Assembly (NCBI GenBank): GCA_951406725.2
Contig: OX597830.1
Coordinates: forward strand, 9,858,001 to 9,922,000
Length of the DNA stretch: 64,000 nt
Source of the DNA: Octopus vulgaris
Lineage: Eukaryota
Direction of reading: 5' to 3'
A program made the translations under genes and the position numbers. Position 1 is the first letter of the stretch. Each line of letters starts with the position of its first letter. Under the pieces are notes generated by a model, which saw only the letters and a program-made list of their open reading frames with translations, did no database searches and was not told the DNA's origin. Positions 41,688-55,960 of the stretch are shown here, one piece after another.

Positions 41688-42399
41688 TTTGGTCGTGTAT
41701 TATTCTCGATATTTTTACGCACGCACCGATTACATCTGTTCGAACAACCCTAAAAACAAAATGGAGTCAACTAATGTCTATCTGTAAGGGTATAAAACAA
41801 TATATTAAAAACTACTAAAAATCTATAAAACTGTACGAAACTATGGAAGAGCTTTTTCACATCAGGATATTTTCTATAGAAAGAAAAAAATTCTCAAAAG
41901 AAATTTCGTAAAACAAATTTTAAAATCCATAAAACAAGACTCTTGTGAATGCCCCAGTGGTGAATCTACTATCAGAGAAACAGTTATTATTGAAAAAGAC
42001 TTTATCGCAAACTTGTCTTTCTCTATCTTTGAATGTATGTTATGGTCTGTGATAAAAATAGAAAATATTAGCTGTTTATGTCTTTCGTGAAGTAGTCGTT
42101 GCTCTTGAGTATACAGAGGTTAAGATTAATAAAAATGCCTTGTTATTTCCTGAGTGAAATTTACAGAGTGTTTGTGTTATTTTTAACTTAGCTGCAACTC
42201 GATTCATAACAGTTATAGGTAAAAATCAAACCTTATATTATGCGTTCTCGTATTGTGACTAACGAAATGTGTGGTTCATTTTATATTCAGCAATGCATCA
42301 ACCTTACTTAAGAAGTTTCAAGTCATGGAAGCTACGAAAGGATTTAGTATCAAAAACGAATAACTGTACTTTAATTGTACTTCTTTCTTCTATTTTGTT

Positions 42400-42764
42400 A
42401 TTTCAGTCATATTGGACTGCGGCCTTGCTGGGAAACCGTCTTGGAGAATGTTAGTGGAATGAACCAACCCCAGTACTTCTTTTGTTTTAAGCCTCGTATT
42501 TATTCCAACGGTGTTTCTTGCCGAACCACCTGGCAGTTACGTGAACACCGGCACCGGCTGTCAATCGATGGTCGGACACAAGCACTGATATAAAGTCATC
42601 TATATATATATATACATATATGTATGTATATATATACTTATATATATATATATATAAAGTTTGTTACCGCAGCATATGATCAATATATCATATCACACAC
42701 TAAAACCACATAAGCAACGGTTGTCGAAAATTGGTGGGAGGCAAGCACAGACACGCAAACATAT

Positions 42765-42854
<90 letters not shown>

Positions 42855-43222
42855 GTGACGGGCTTCTTTCCGTTTCCGTCTACGAAATCCTTTCACAAGG
42901 CTTTGATCGGTCCGAGGCTGTAGAAGACACTTGCCCAAGGTACCATGCAGCAGGACTGAACGCGGAAACTTGCGGTGTTGAAGCAAGCTTCTTACTACAA
43001 AATACTGTTTAATGTTTGGGGTTTAAGGGTTGTTATATACCTCCTTCAGTCTACCATGGGTTAATTTTATGCAAAATGTTGACCTACTCTTACTCTCTCT
43101 TTTACTTGTTTCAGTCATTTGACTGCGGCCATGCTGGAGCACCGCCTTTAGTCGATCAAATAGACCCCGGGACCTATTCTTTGTAAGTCCAGTACTTATT
43201 CTATCGGTCTCTTTTGCCGAAC
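42400..43222 (-). mobile_element. Cluster of SINE family B fragments
   Basis: Family B pieces at about 42400-42590, 42700-43000 and 43090-43222. Confidence 0.75.
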
Positions 43223-43595
43223 CTGCTGGATTTTAATATAAAAATCCCTTCAAAATATACTTTGCTGTGTTATAAAACAGAGAAAGAATACATGAGATCG
43301 ATACTATGAAACCATATATATCTAGAGTCGTTCATCAAAAGCCAGCCATCAGAGATGTTGCGTCATCAAGGACGTAACACCATAGAAGACCATCGATTAG
43401 TCCGCTGAAAGTAAGAGGCAGATATCTCTCAAATCACATTCCAATGAGTTAAATAAGAAACAAGAATGCATTAGCTCAGTGGTTCCCAACATTTTCACAG
43501 TGGTTGCAAACGGTAGTCCCGAACCCTTTTATTTAAATGAGTTTTCCTACAGACCTCTTTTTTATGCTATGCTTATATATACATAAATATAAATA

Positions 43596-43653
<58 letters not shown>

Positions 43654-43674
43654 CATACATATAGACAGATAGAC

Positions 43675-43749
<75 letters not shown>

Positions 43750-44246
43750 CACAACGGTTTCCATCTCAGTTTCGGCTCGCCAAATCCAACCACAAAGGCT
43801 TGATCGGTCCGAGACTATAGTCGAAGGAACTTGCCCAATGTGCCACATAGTGACAATGCGCCTATAGTTCCACATATATCCTCCAGAAAAGCGGAACAGT
43901 CGCGGTTGGAATGCATTTAATAAAAAATAAGCTGGGTTTAAACAACAAGTACCAAGTATGACAACAACAGCATTGCACCACCGTTCTACCTTTCTTAGAT
44001 AAACATATTTCTCTATGAGAAATCATAGCTTGCAAAGTAAACAGCGTTTACCTGTGAAAATATAATATTGATTAGTGAGTAAAAATAGACTGAGTTGATG
44101 CTGGTTATCTTGGAAAACAGTTTGAAGCGACGGAAAGAGCGTCTAAAAATATATATTGGTGATAACAGAAGGAAGGAACAGGAAGGGTTAGTACTGGCAT
44201 AAAAACAAATAGAAACATAGAGCTGCTACTACTACTACTACTACTA

Positions 44247-44282
<36 letters not shown>

Positions 44283-44527
44283 GTAATACTACTACTACTG
44301 CTACTACTACTGCTACTACTGCTGCTACTGCTACTGCTGCTGCTGCTACTATATACTTGTTATGCCTGGTGTGTGTAAATATGTATGCATATGTGTGTGT
44401 ATACATATATATATATATACACATATATATATATAGGTATATGTATGTATTTACATATAGGTAGACATATATATATGTATATATATATATATGCGTCCGT
44501 GTGGGTGTGTTAGCGTGCGTCCGTGTG

Positions 44528-44571
<44 letters not shown>

Positions 44572-45559
44572 GGTCTTATTGCGTGTGTGGTGTGTGTGTG
44601 TGTATGGGTCTTATTGCGTGTGTGGTGTGTGTATTAATACATATGCACCCATTATTATTTAGTGCTTTAGTTTCTATGTGCCACATGGCGGATGTTTATT
44701 ACAAACCAAAATCATACGACTGCTTGGCAAATACATGAAGCACAAGAAACGTTGTGTCTGCATGCAAGTAAACATACAAACATACATACATACAGGTGTG
44801 GGTTTCGAGGTTCGGATATGTTAGACAAAATGCAAGTATTGTAGAAGTTGTTAAGTGTGTAACGAAGTGTGAGCAACATAGATGTATCTCAAAATGTCGA
44901 GAGTTCATTGCGGCTTGGCAGATGACTGTTTTAGGCAGAATGGACACATTTCTGGAATATATTTAATTGTTTGTGATTGAGATTCTTATCTAAAAGCTTG
45001 GTTGGAGGCCTATTACCCCAAAATGGTTAGGTTATATACAAAGGATGGAGGGGCAAAAATCGATGTGGAATGGTAAATTTAAAAGGAAATTTTTGAAGAG
45101 GAAATTTGAGTGTGTATAGAAAAAGCAAGTGTGTTGAGATGGTTATATATGAATATGAAAGTTTGTACATACTTATGTATGTATGTATGTATGTATGTAT
45201 GTATGTATGTATGTATGTATGTATGTATGTATGTATGTTTGTATGCATGTATGTATGTATGCATGTATGTATGTATCTATGTCATTATTCAGTTTATTTC
45301 AATAATTATTGCCTGTAGAGCAAGAATCGGTTTCTAACCTAGATTCAAGTCTCCTTCATTGGAATTTCAACATCATCAACAGGGTATTTTTGTATGTATG
45401 TATGTATGTATGTATGTATGTATGTATGTATGTATGTATGCATGCATGTATGTATGTATGTATGTGTGTATGTATGTATCTATGTATACGTGCAGATATG
45501 TATATTTTATATATATATTCTCATGCATATAGTTGCATATCTAGATTGGTGGTATATAC

Positions 45560-46495
45560 CTAAATGATAAACTTCTGGAAAGTTTTACAGATTTTTACAG
45601 TTCCAGTGATGGATTGGATCTTTAGTCTTCGGATTATCTTTCTCCTCTCTTATTTTGAGAAGCCTAATTTCTCAAGATTGGTATTTAGGCAGTGTGTTAC
45701 ATTTCCCAGGGCCCTAATAATTACAGGTATAAAACTGAACTTGTAATCTGAATAGAGTAACTGAAGATTTCTCAATAATTCAGCATAGGTGTTCTCTTTT
45801 TTATTGATCTTCAGCTTTATGTTAACATTCGCTGGGCAGCTAATTTCCACAACTGTGCACAGTTTCTCTTCTCTATCCCAAATGCTTATATCAAGTCTGT
45901 TGTGCTTACACTTTATTGAGGTCTTCACTGGGACATTCCACCAGTGTCCCTTTTTATTATGAGCGGCTATGACTTCTACCATATCGTTGGTTCTTATTTT
46001 TTTTTTGTCCTCAGGATTATCCTTCTGACGGATTTCATAATAGAGGGTCCTAGCTACAACATCATGTCTCATCGGTAGATAAACCGTGATGACATTTTCG
46101 GACAACTGCTTATGATGTTGGTGATATCTTCAGTGTGAACTCCGCAAAGTCTGCATCGGTTGTCACATTTTCCCGCTTTTGCTGCATCTCTATCCCTTTT
46201 GTGCATCAGATACTTGGTTGATATTTCCTGTTCCTGGATTGCAAACGTTTATCCTTCAGATTGGGAGGTAGTAATCCGTCCATTGGTCCATGATAATCTG
46301 CTTTGATGATCGATGTTACTATCATCACGGAGCTTTCTAGTAACATCGATCATCAAAGCAGATTACTATCATCACGGAGCTTTCTAGTAACATATCCATG
46401 CAGAGTCTTCTGCTCATATAGGCCCATTCTTTCATCTGATGATACCTCGCAGTATAGTCGTGCGACTTTCGGGCATGTGTTCTAGGTTGACGTTA
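45560..46495 (-). pseudogene. R4/Dong-like non-LTR retrotransposon 3' fragment (CCHC + restriction-like endonuclease)
   Basis: AIQEQEISTKYL, CRLCGVHTEDITNIISSCP (CCHC-like), RHDVVARTLY, HNRLDISIWDREEKLCTVVEISCP, KKENTYAEL; frameshifted. Confidence 0.85.
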
Positions 46496-46984
46496 ACAGC
46501 CTTCATGTATACAAACTTGTCAAGGGATGCACTTGCCCATGGTACCAAGCAGTGGGATTGAACCCGGAACCATGTGATTGGGAAGTAAGCTTCTTACCAC
46601 ACACCCTCTATGTGCTTGTGTGTGCGTGTTTGTGTGTGTGTGTGAGTGTGTGTGTGTGTGTGTAGAAATAACTTTATCAGCTTATTCATAAAACTTCATC
46701 ATTGCCTTGATTTTAATATGGAAATTATTTTGCATTTTAACGACAAAAAATGTGAGTTAAATATTGTTTAAAACACATTACATATACACACTGTATTAAC
46801 TTTAGAATATAAGCTTTCAACAATCGTTACTTATTTTTGATATTTAAGAGTTTGAATTCTCACATTCTCCTGATCACTTGTATGTGTGTAATGTGCGTAT
46901 ATCTAGTGAGCGTATCTGTAAGTATGAGTGTTATTGTATCAAAATTATATGAGCATTATGTTTGAGTGTGTATGTACATATACA

Positions 46985-47053
<69 letters not shown>

Positions 47054-47444
47054 TATACTTATGATGTACGTTTTTGTGTGAGTGCGTGTATCTACTTATG
47101 TTGTACGTTTGTGTCTAACAACGTTGCTTATGTGTTTTTAGTGTGTAATATGATATTCATATTGATATTATGCTACGGTACAAAGTTAAAAAATTGTCAT
47201 CTGGAATTTATTCTGTCACTTAATTTCTGTAATTTCATTTTCTTAAGATATCTTGAGATTTCTTGAGATTTCTTGCATTAAATCCCACCACACCAAATCA
47301 TACCACACCATTCCATCTTAATTTCAAGTGTTATCCAAAGGTGACATCATGCTTCAAAGAATATGGATAAAGTATAAATTAATATATCATTTAATATGAC
47401 CATTACTAAGGGTCGAATATTAATAAAGAATTTAGAGAAAAAGC

Positions 47445-47544
<100 letters not shown>

Positions 47545-47644
47545 GTAATAATAATAGTAATAATAATAATAATAATAATAATCATAATAATAATAATAAT
47601 AATAATAATAATCATAGTAATAATAATAATAACAATAATAACCA

Positions 47645-47985
47645 AGGTGTAGTTGTGTGGTAAGAAGCTTCCTCCCAACCATATGGCTCCGGATTCATGT
47701 CCCAGTGCGTTGCACCTTGAGCAAGTGACTTTCACTATAGGCTCAGACCGGGCAAAGCCTTGTGAGTGAATTTGGTATATGTTGATTGTTGATATATATG
47801 TATGTATGTGTGTGTATTTGTGTGTTTGTTCCCCCTACCCACCGCCGACTGATAACCGGTGTTTGTGTGTTCACGTATGTTAGCGGTTCCGCCAAAGGAG
47901 ACCGATAGAGTATGCATCCGTCTTAAGAAGCAAGTATCGGGCTTAAGTCATTCGATTAAAAATTCTTCCAAGCAGCTGCCTCAGC
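47645..47985 (+). mobile_element. SINE family B, older copy
   Basis: tagttgtgtggtaagaagcttcctcccaaccatatgg...ccttgagcaagtg. Confidence 0.75.
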
Positions 47986-48335
47986 ATAAAAGTTTAGAAT
48001 ACTGGAAACCATTATCTACTGAGTATAAATACCAAAAGAGGAAAATATTCTAGTATTACTTGTTCACGTTTACCTGCTCAGACATATTTGATTTTAAATA
48101 GGAGATATCTTACCTGTTTTCTAATCCATGTACAATTTTGTGACTCCTATTTACAAATGAAACACGTGTATAAAAATATTAAAATCTCCTGTTTTGATAT
48201 TATTACTCTGCAGTAAATACGCTTCCATATTTTCAACTCCTGTGTACGCCTCAGACAAATATTACATCTACTTACGGATTTAGGATGCTGAATTAAGCAG
48301 AAGCGCTTCATGAGAACACAGCTTGCATTTTAGCC

Positions 48336-48461
<126 letters not shown>

Positions 48462-48779
48462 TGTGTGTGTGTATACATACATACCTGCATATATACATAT
48501 CTATCTATCTATCTGTCTGTCTCTCAGTCTATATATATGTATATATGATTAATTAAAATATCTTAGGGTAGCAAAAAATATTTATAGAAAAATTCTTTGT
48601 TACCAGTGGTCTAGCGAGAAGGAAAAATTTAGTCAATAGACTATACATTATTCATAGAAGAATACAGTGTACGTTCAGACACAAAATAGGTGACCAATAA
48701 TAGGACATCTGACTCGCTAGAAAGAGCAGTTAAAACTCCAAACCACTAATAGTTGCAATTCTGAAAGGGAATGAAAGAT

Positions 48780-49192
48780 AGGCGCAGGAGCGGCTGTGTG
48801 GTAAGTAGCTTGCTAAACAACCACATGGTTCTGGGTTCAGTCCCACTGCGTGGCATCTTGGACAAGTGTCTTCTGCTATAGCCCCGGGCCGACCAATGCC
48901 TTGTGAGTGGATTTGGTAGACAGAAACTGAAAGAAGCCTGTCGTATATATGTATATAAATATATATGTATGTGTGTGTGTTTGTGTGTCTGTGTTTGTCC
49001 CCCTAGCATTGCTTGACAACCGATGCTGGTGTGTTTACGTCCCCGTCACTTAGCGGTTCGGCAAAAGCGACTGATAGAATAAGTACTGGGGTTACAAAGA
49101 ATAAGTCCCGGGGTCGATTTGCTCGACTAAAAGCGGTGCTCCAGCATGGCTGCAGTCAAATGACTGAAACAAGTAAAAGAGTAAAAAGAGTA
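48780..49192 (+). mobile_element. SINE family B, full length, inserted in a fold-back element
   Basis: Full consensus; lies between inverted arms about 48660-48776 and 49416-49532. Confidence 0.9.
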
Positions 49193-49554
49193 TAAAAACA
49201 CTTACCCTATTTTTCTGGACTATGCATAGTTTCTGCCATCTAATATAAATTAAAATAAAATAATTTTAATTTACAACTGGCGTTGCCATCTTAAGCAGGA
49301 ACCCAGGGATCACATATAGACAGGAGGTGAAAAGTGACATGCTTCGTGTCTATATGTTATAATTTTTCGAAGCCTCTGTGCAAATGCGGAACTATAGGGT
49401 AAATGTTTTTTATTTTTCATTCCCTTTCAGAATTGCAACTATTAGTGGCTTGGAGTTTTAGCTGCTCTTTCTAGTGAGTCAGATGTCCTATTATTGGTCA
49501 CCTCTTGTGTGTTTAAATGTACACTGTATTTTTTATATTATATATGTATATATT

Positions 49555-50160
49555 TAGCTATGGTCACCAATCAGTGTAAAATTAATCACAGAACTTGAGG
49601 CAATCCAGCGAAGCTACACGAAGAAGATAACCTCTATGCAGCATATAAGCTACTGGGAAAGACTCAAGAGATTAAGACTCTATTCCTTAGAGCGTAAGCG
49701 GGAAAGATATGCCATAATATACATCTGGAAGATCGTGGAAAGACTTGCCCAAAACTTTGGCATCGAGAGTTACACAAATACTAGAACTGGGCGCCACTGC
49801 GTGATGCCAAGGACTCCGAATTTGCCATCAAGATGTAGGAAAAGATTCTGCGATAGCCTGGGCTTCAGAGGTCCACAACTCTTCAATATCCTCCCGAAGG
49901 AACTGAGAGACTTGCATGGGGTGGATGCGGATGTCTTTAAAATAAAGCTGGATTCTTCCTGTCAGGTATCCCAGATGAACCAACTTCACGGCAGGAGGTG
50001 CAGATGAGGGCAGCTGCATCGAACTCTCTCATGCACCAAATGGCAATTGCTAAAAAGCATTCGTGAAGTAAAATCATGTAGCAACACCGAATGGTGGTGC
50101 CCCAGCATGGCCACAACTCGTGAGCTGAAACTAGAAGAAAATGAAAAATGAAAATAAAAA
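49555..50160 (+). pseudogene. CR1-group LINE 3' fragment (RT C-terminus and 3' UTR)
   Basis: ISYWERLKRLRLYSLERKRERYAIIYIWKI...FRGPQLFNILPKELR...FKIKLD, typical of the CR1/L2-group C-terminus. Confidence 0.85.
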
Positions 50161-50164
50161 TATT

Positions 50165-50855
50165 TAGGCGTCGGCAACCTAAACCGGGCTGCGGGACACT
50201 GGTGCACGTCTAGGCCACATAAATGGAAGCACTCCGTCGGTTACGACGATGAGGGTTCCGGTTGATCCGAATCAACGGAACAGCCTGCTCGTGAAATTAA
50301 CGTGTAAGTGGCTGAGCACTCCACAGACACGTGTACCCTTAACGTATTCAGCGTGACACAGAGAGTGACAAGGCCGGCCCTTTGAAATACAGGTACAACA
50401 GAAACAGGAAGTAAGAGTGAGAGAAAGTTGTGGTGAAAAAGTACAGCAGGGATCACCACCATCCCTGCCGGAGCCTCGTGGAGCTTTTAGGTGTGTTCGC
50501 TCAATAAACACTCACAACGCTCGGTCTGGGAATCGAAACCGCGATCCTATGACCGCAAGTCCGCTGCCCTAACCACTGAGGCCACATAAAATAACAGTAT
50601 CGGACAAAAGAACGATTTCCTCTTTCTATCAGAATTCGTCTGCAAGGTTACGTTTATTCAGTGTCAGTACCATCGTGGGACGCTGTTCTGATTGGGGAGA
50701 GGACGGCTGCTGATTGGCTATGTTAAATTTCTCGTCGCTTCAAAAGACCCGACCGGGTCGCGGGAATGTCTCACGGGCCGCACCTAATAGAAATTCAGAC
50801 AAGGCACCGCGGCCCGCACGGGGGAAGCTCGCGGACAGCAGGTCTCCAACGCGTG
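50165..50855. mobile_element. hAT (Charlie-like) non-autonomous element interrupted by a SINE
   Basis: Imperfect TIRs taggcgtcggcaacct (50165-50180) and aggtctccaacgcgtg (50840-50855); GC-rich subterminal ggcccgc motifs; no clear 8-bp TSD. Confidence 0.5.
50224..50578 (-). mobile_element. SINE family C variant with a different 3' tail; 12-bp TSD
   Basis: TSD aggccacataaa at 50212-50223 and 50579-50590; 5' half matches 12990-13150. Confidence 0.85.
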
Positions 50856-50860
50856 ATTTA

Positions 50861-51120
<260 letters not shown>

Positions 51121-51563
51121 CTACTCCTCCATTTTATCACTTTCGTAATTCGACGCCTTCATTATTTCGCTGCAATTGTCTTTCCTTTTGAAATTACAGT
51201 TCTTTTTAATGCTTTTGCAAATGTTTTTCTTTGAACTTCATCAGCGCAACCATCGCAAACGCCGCTCACCGCCATTTTGTCTCTAAATCTCATATCACTA
51301 TAATCTCACGCCATATCTTTTGTGTGTGTGTTTTATGTTTTACTATTGTTGTTGTTATTGTAATGTTTTATTGGTTTTTGGTAAAATGCAGTTTCTCTGC
51401 CTTCTCCATCGTTCATGCCAAAACACACTTTACCCAGCATATGTCTTGAAAAAGTTGCATTTCAAGAATTCTATTTGGATTGCATCACATTTTTTGTTGC
51501 TTAAGTTAGTTAGCATATGATTTTGACATCGGTGTAGGTTGACATAAAAAGACGGATGTTTAT

Positions 51564-51632
<69 letters not shown>

Positions 51633-51780
51633 CATACGTACATACGTACATGCATACATCTGTACACACACACACACATATGCATATATATATATTATAT
51701 ATATATATATATATTATATATATATGTTTGTATACACAAACACACACATATATATATATATACATACATACATACACACA

Positions 51781-51842
<62 letters not shown>

Positions 51843-52352
51843 CAAAGCATACATTAGATACATGCGAAGCTAAATGGGAAAGTATAAGTATACCCTGGAT
51901 AAACGAAAGAATCTAGAAAGGAATGGTAAGCCTGAATTTTGTCTCATAACCTGGCAAAGTGAACGTTGTCGCAATTTTAAAAGTCTTTTACGATGAATTC
52001 ATTACCTAATTAACCCTACGCTTTGAGGGAAGTGGAAGAGAGACGATGATAGGACGCAACTACGTGGTCTCCCATTCTCATCATCACTATGACTACGACA
52101 ACGAACATATATTCGGCAAACTACGCGTCAACAGCTTAACCTACCTTCTTTATTGTGTATTTTGCAGAGGGTTATAAGACATTCAGTCTACACGTCACAT
52201 GATTTTTTTACTTACTTGCCTCTCTCTATATAACGTGTAACACGTGATAAGGAGTGGAGATGGGGATTGTCATCAACGAAACAATAAACCAACCAACCAA
52301 CCAACCAACCAACCAACCAGCGTTTATAATGGCTATTATAATAGTTTTTCCT

Positions 52353-52585
52353 AAAGGCGGCGAGTGGCAGAAACGGTAGCACGCGGGGCGAAATACGTAG
52401 CCGTATTTCGTCTGTCGTTACGTTCTGAGTTCAAATTCCGCCGTGGTTGACTTAGCCTTTCATCCTTTCGGGGTCGATAAATAAAGTACCAGTTTCGCAC
52501 TGGGGTTGATGTAATCGACTTAATCCGTTTGACTGTCCTTGTTTGTCCCTTCTATGTTTAGCCCCTTGCGGGCAGTAAAGAAATT
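52353..52585 (+). mobile_element. SINE family A monomer
   Basis: Family A consensus. Confidence 0.85.
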
Positions 52586-53394
52586 GATATGTTTTCCTAA
52601 ATCGACAAAATGGACACGGATGGAATTCTTATACTGGTTTAAGATTTTCCTTGACACAGTCTTCAACAGAAGACAAAAATGAAAAAAAAAAAAAACAGAC
52701 AATAAACAAAACAGCCATTTGCAGAAATATTTTCACACGGTCTTCGAATATCCCTTGTACGTAATCTTGATATTTGCACAAATGACTGATTTTTAATATC
52801 AAATATTAATTCCTAAATGCCCAATAAAATTAAGACATTGATTCCAACAAACTGAAATAGTAAAATAATATATATATATATATATATTTATAAGAAATTA
52901 AACATACATGAAGTCAGAATTTCTCTCTCCATTTAATAAGATAAAATCTGGAACTTAAATTCCCTTGGAATTCCGAGTTGTTCTCACGTTACTTATGACA
53001 TTAATCACATATTAAATTACAGATTAATTTTAAGCTGCCAAAATGACCTTCAACTGATGTTCTAAAGGGCATTTTGAAACTTTATTTTAAGAATAACTTT
53101 TCCTTGCTCAATAATCTAGAATTTTCTTTCTCTGGGGGTCGTACGTGGGGGTTTCGTATTATATGTTATGTTGACATATTTAGAAATCCCCCACAGGTTT
53201 GCTTTGAAAGCTATCTGCGAGAGAAAGATTTTAGGTGCACATATGGCTGTATGGCTAAGACGTTCGCTTGGCAACTACACGTGTTTGGGTTCAACCCCAC
53301 TGGGTGATACCTTGGGCAAATGTCTTTCACTATCGCTCCATACCGACCAAGGCTTTGTGATTGGTAGATGGAAAGTGTTCAGAAGCCCATCGTT

Positions 53395-53432
<38 letters not shown>

Positions 53433-54855
53433 TGTGGGTGCGTGTGTGTGTGTGTGCGCGCGCGCGCGCTCGCTCGCGTCTGCGTATGTGTAAGTAATCT
53501 GTATGACAAAAGGGGTAACCTATTTCTCTGCCAACAAACCAATATGGTGAGAACGAAATTTTAAAAAGATATATCAAGGAGTTGACTTCTTCGACTAAAA
53601 CCTTCTAGACGATGCTCAGGCATGACTGCATTCCATAGGGTGACACGAACTAATTTTATTGTAAAGGTGTGTCTTTTTTTAATTCGAAGTAAAAGAACAA
53701 ATTACTTGGTGGTTCTTTTGACCTCATTTTATGGTCTTGTCTGGGATTTCTTCGAAACTTCAACAAATCTTTTATCAGATGAGGCACACACATGGTTATA
53801 AATATCAAAAAGAAATATTATATATCTAAATCATCAATTTTTGTCAGGATTTTCTCACTCGATTAATCTTACTTTTGTTATAAATGTAAAAACCTTACTT
53901 CACAAGACTGGAGAATTTAAATAATTTTAATAAAAATCAAATTGTCACCGTGTAGTTTGTAGAATTCTCATAGCAATTCGAATCCTTGATGTGTTTTAAA
54001 GTTAAATTGAAATATATCTTATTGTTTTGACAATATTAATATTTATAGAAACGGCGAGATCAAATTTAGTTCAATACAGCACAGACGTCACTCGCGGATG
54101 AATATGGATTAGTAACATCCACTCTACTTTCGTTAATTCCTTAAAGATGCCTATGTTGTCACGATCAAAGATACGCACCTTGGTACCCTCTTGACTTTTG
54201 ACTAATTGTGATAGCCAGGTAATGTTATCTAGACGAAAAGAGACTTAGACCAGCACTTAGCAGATACACATTACAGCCGAGTAGACTGAAATAACAGGAA
54301 ATTAAATGCCTCGCTCAAGAATACAATGTTTCGTCCGATCCAGATATTACAAGGCACAGTATCATGATCAAAATCATAAATTCTAAGAATAATTAACTTT
54401 CCTAACCATAGTTTCAAATTCTTCATAAAGCCACAAATATCATTCTGTTAGGGCCTTTGCTTCGCGAAGCTTGATGCCTCGGGAAGCTTGGTGTCACAGT
54501 CAAGCTTTATTGTAAAATGAATTTGTCTTTCTAGCAAATATTCAGTCATTTCATCACTAAATGTTGTTATTTAGAAGCCCTTGTCGTTTCTATATTTATA
54601 TACGGTGAATAAGGTCAAGTGGCTGCTATCTCTAGACAGCAGTTTTCCAGTACCGACGACGGGAGATTACCCAGAAAACATTTATTTACTGAACTATTAA
54701 CGGCTAGAGAGGAGTAGTAAGCTCCCTTGCTCACAGTATATCTCTGACACAGATCATGTGTCGATAACCAACTAGAAAATATATTTTCACGGAGTTACAA
54801 AGTAGTAACATAACCCTACGCAGGACTTCCACTTTATATTGCCAATTAAACTTTA

Positions 54856-54890
<35 letters not shown>

Positions 54891-55020
54891 TCTCTCTCTC
54901 TATCTATATCTTTCTCTCTATCTATCTATCTCTGTATATATATATATATATATATATATAGTATCTCGAAATTTAATAGTATCTCGAAATTTAATATACA
55001 ATTATTCATAATTGTAGTGT

Positions 55021-55111
55021 CCTACGCTGATGAGAAAAGAAGTTGGGTAAGACATAATTATCTAATTCTTATGCTTTCCTAAAACTTAATTTCGAAACGT
55101 ACGTCCGTGGG
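55021..55111 (+). ncRNA. Type I hammerhead ribozyme, canonical core
   Basis: cctacg CTGATGA gaaa...tttc GAAAC GTAC GTC cgtggg; predicted cleavage after 55105; element about 54961-55300 between (TA)n tracts. Confidence 0.9.
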
Positions 55112-55295
55112 TGACTTAAAATTGTATGATAGATTGCCGTCATTTCATTCTCTCTTACCTGTCTGTGTTTGCCTTTCAAGTGCTGTGTTTTTACTGAGAT
55201 CTCCCTTTTAATAGAAAGAATAGCTATAACTCTTTGACTGCTATTTCTAAATTCGGTGTGTGGTGAGGCAATTCGTTGCTAAACCCTTAATTACT

Positions 55296-55333
<38 letters not shown>

Positions 55334-55410
55334 CTTCCTCTCGAAATTCCTACCCAACTTCTCTCTTTATTGATACCCTCCACCCACCCACCACTAAGCC
55401 ATGCACCTTC

Positions 55411-55467
<57 letters not shown>

Positions 55468-55469
<2 letters not shown>

Positions 55470-55750
55470 TTTCACTTGTTTTGGTCATTTGATTGCAGCC
55501 ATGCTGGAGCACAGCCTTTAGTCGAACAAATCGACCCCAGGACTTATTCTTTGTAAGCCTTGTACTTATTCTATCGGTGTCTTTTGTCGAGCCGCCAAAT
55601 TTCGGGGACGTAAACACACCAGCGTCGGTTGTCAAGCGATGGTGGGGTGACAAACACAGACACACAAATACATACATATATCAGGTGGTGCTATTCAGTA
55701 TTACATGGTCTGGACCAATCTTTGGTCGAAACATATCGAAGTTTATCTAA

Positions 55751-55801
<51 letters not shown>

Positions 55802-55960
55802 GATGGATTTGTTTCAGTTTCTGTCAATCAACTCCACCCATAAAACTGAAGTCGGCCCAAGGCTATATTAGAAGACACTTGCCCAAGGTTCCACACAATG
55901 GGACTAAACCCGAAACCATGTGGTTGAGATGCAAGCTTCTTACCAGATAGCCACTCCTAT
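55468..55960 (-). mobile_element. SINE family B
   Basis: Reverse complement of family B with an insert in its microsatellite. Confidence 0.8.

Noticed and set aside
50685-50720. Two ATTGG (CCAAT) boxes near a GC-rich patch as a promoter
   Set aside because: Falls inside a probable hAT-derived element; no downstream gene evident
51190-51250. Minus-strand CTGATGA agttc...gaact GTAA
   Set aside because: Stem II is present but GAAA is mutated and there is no stem I or III
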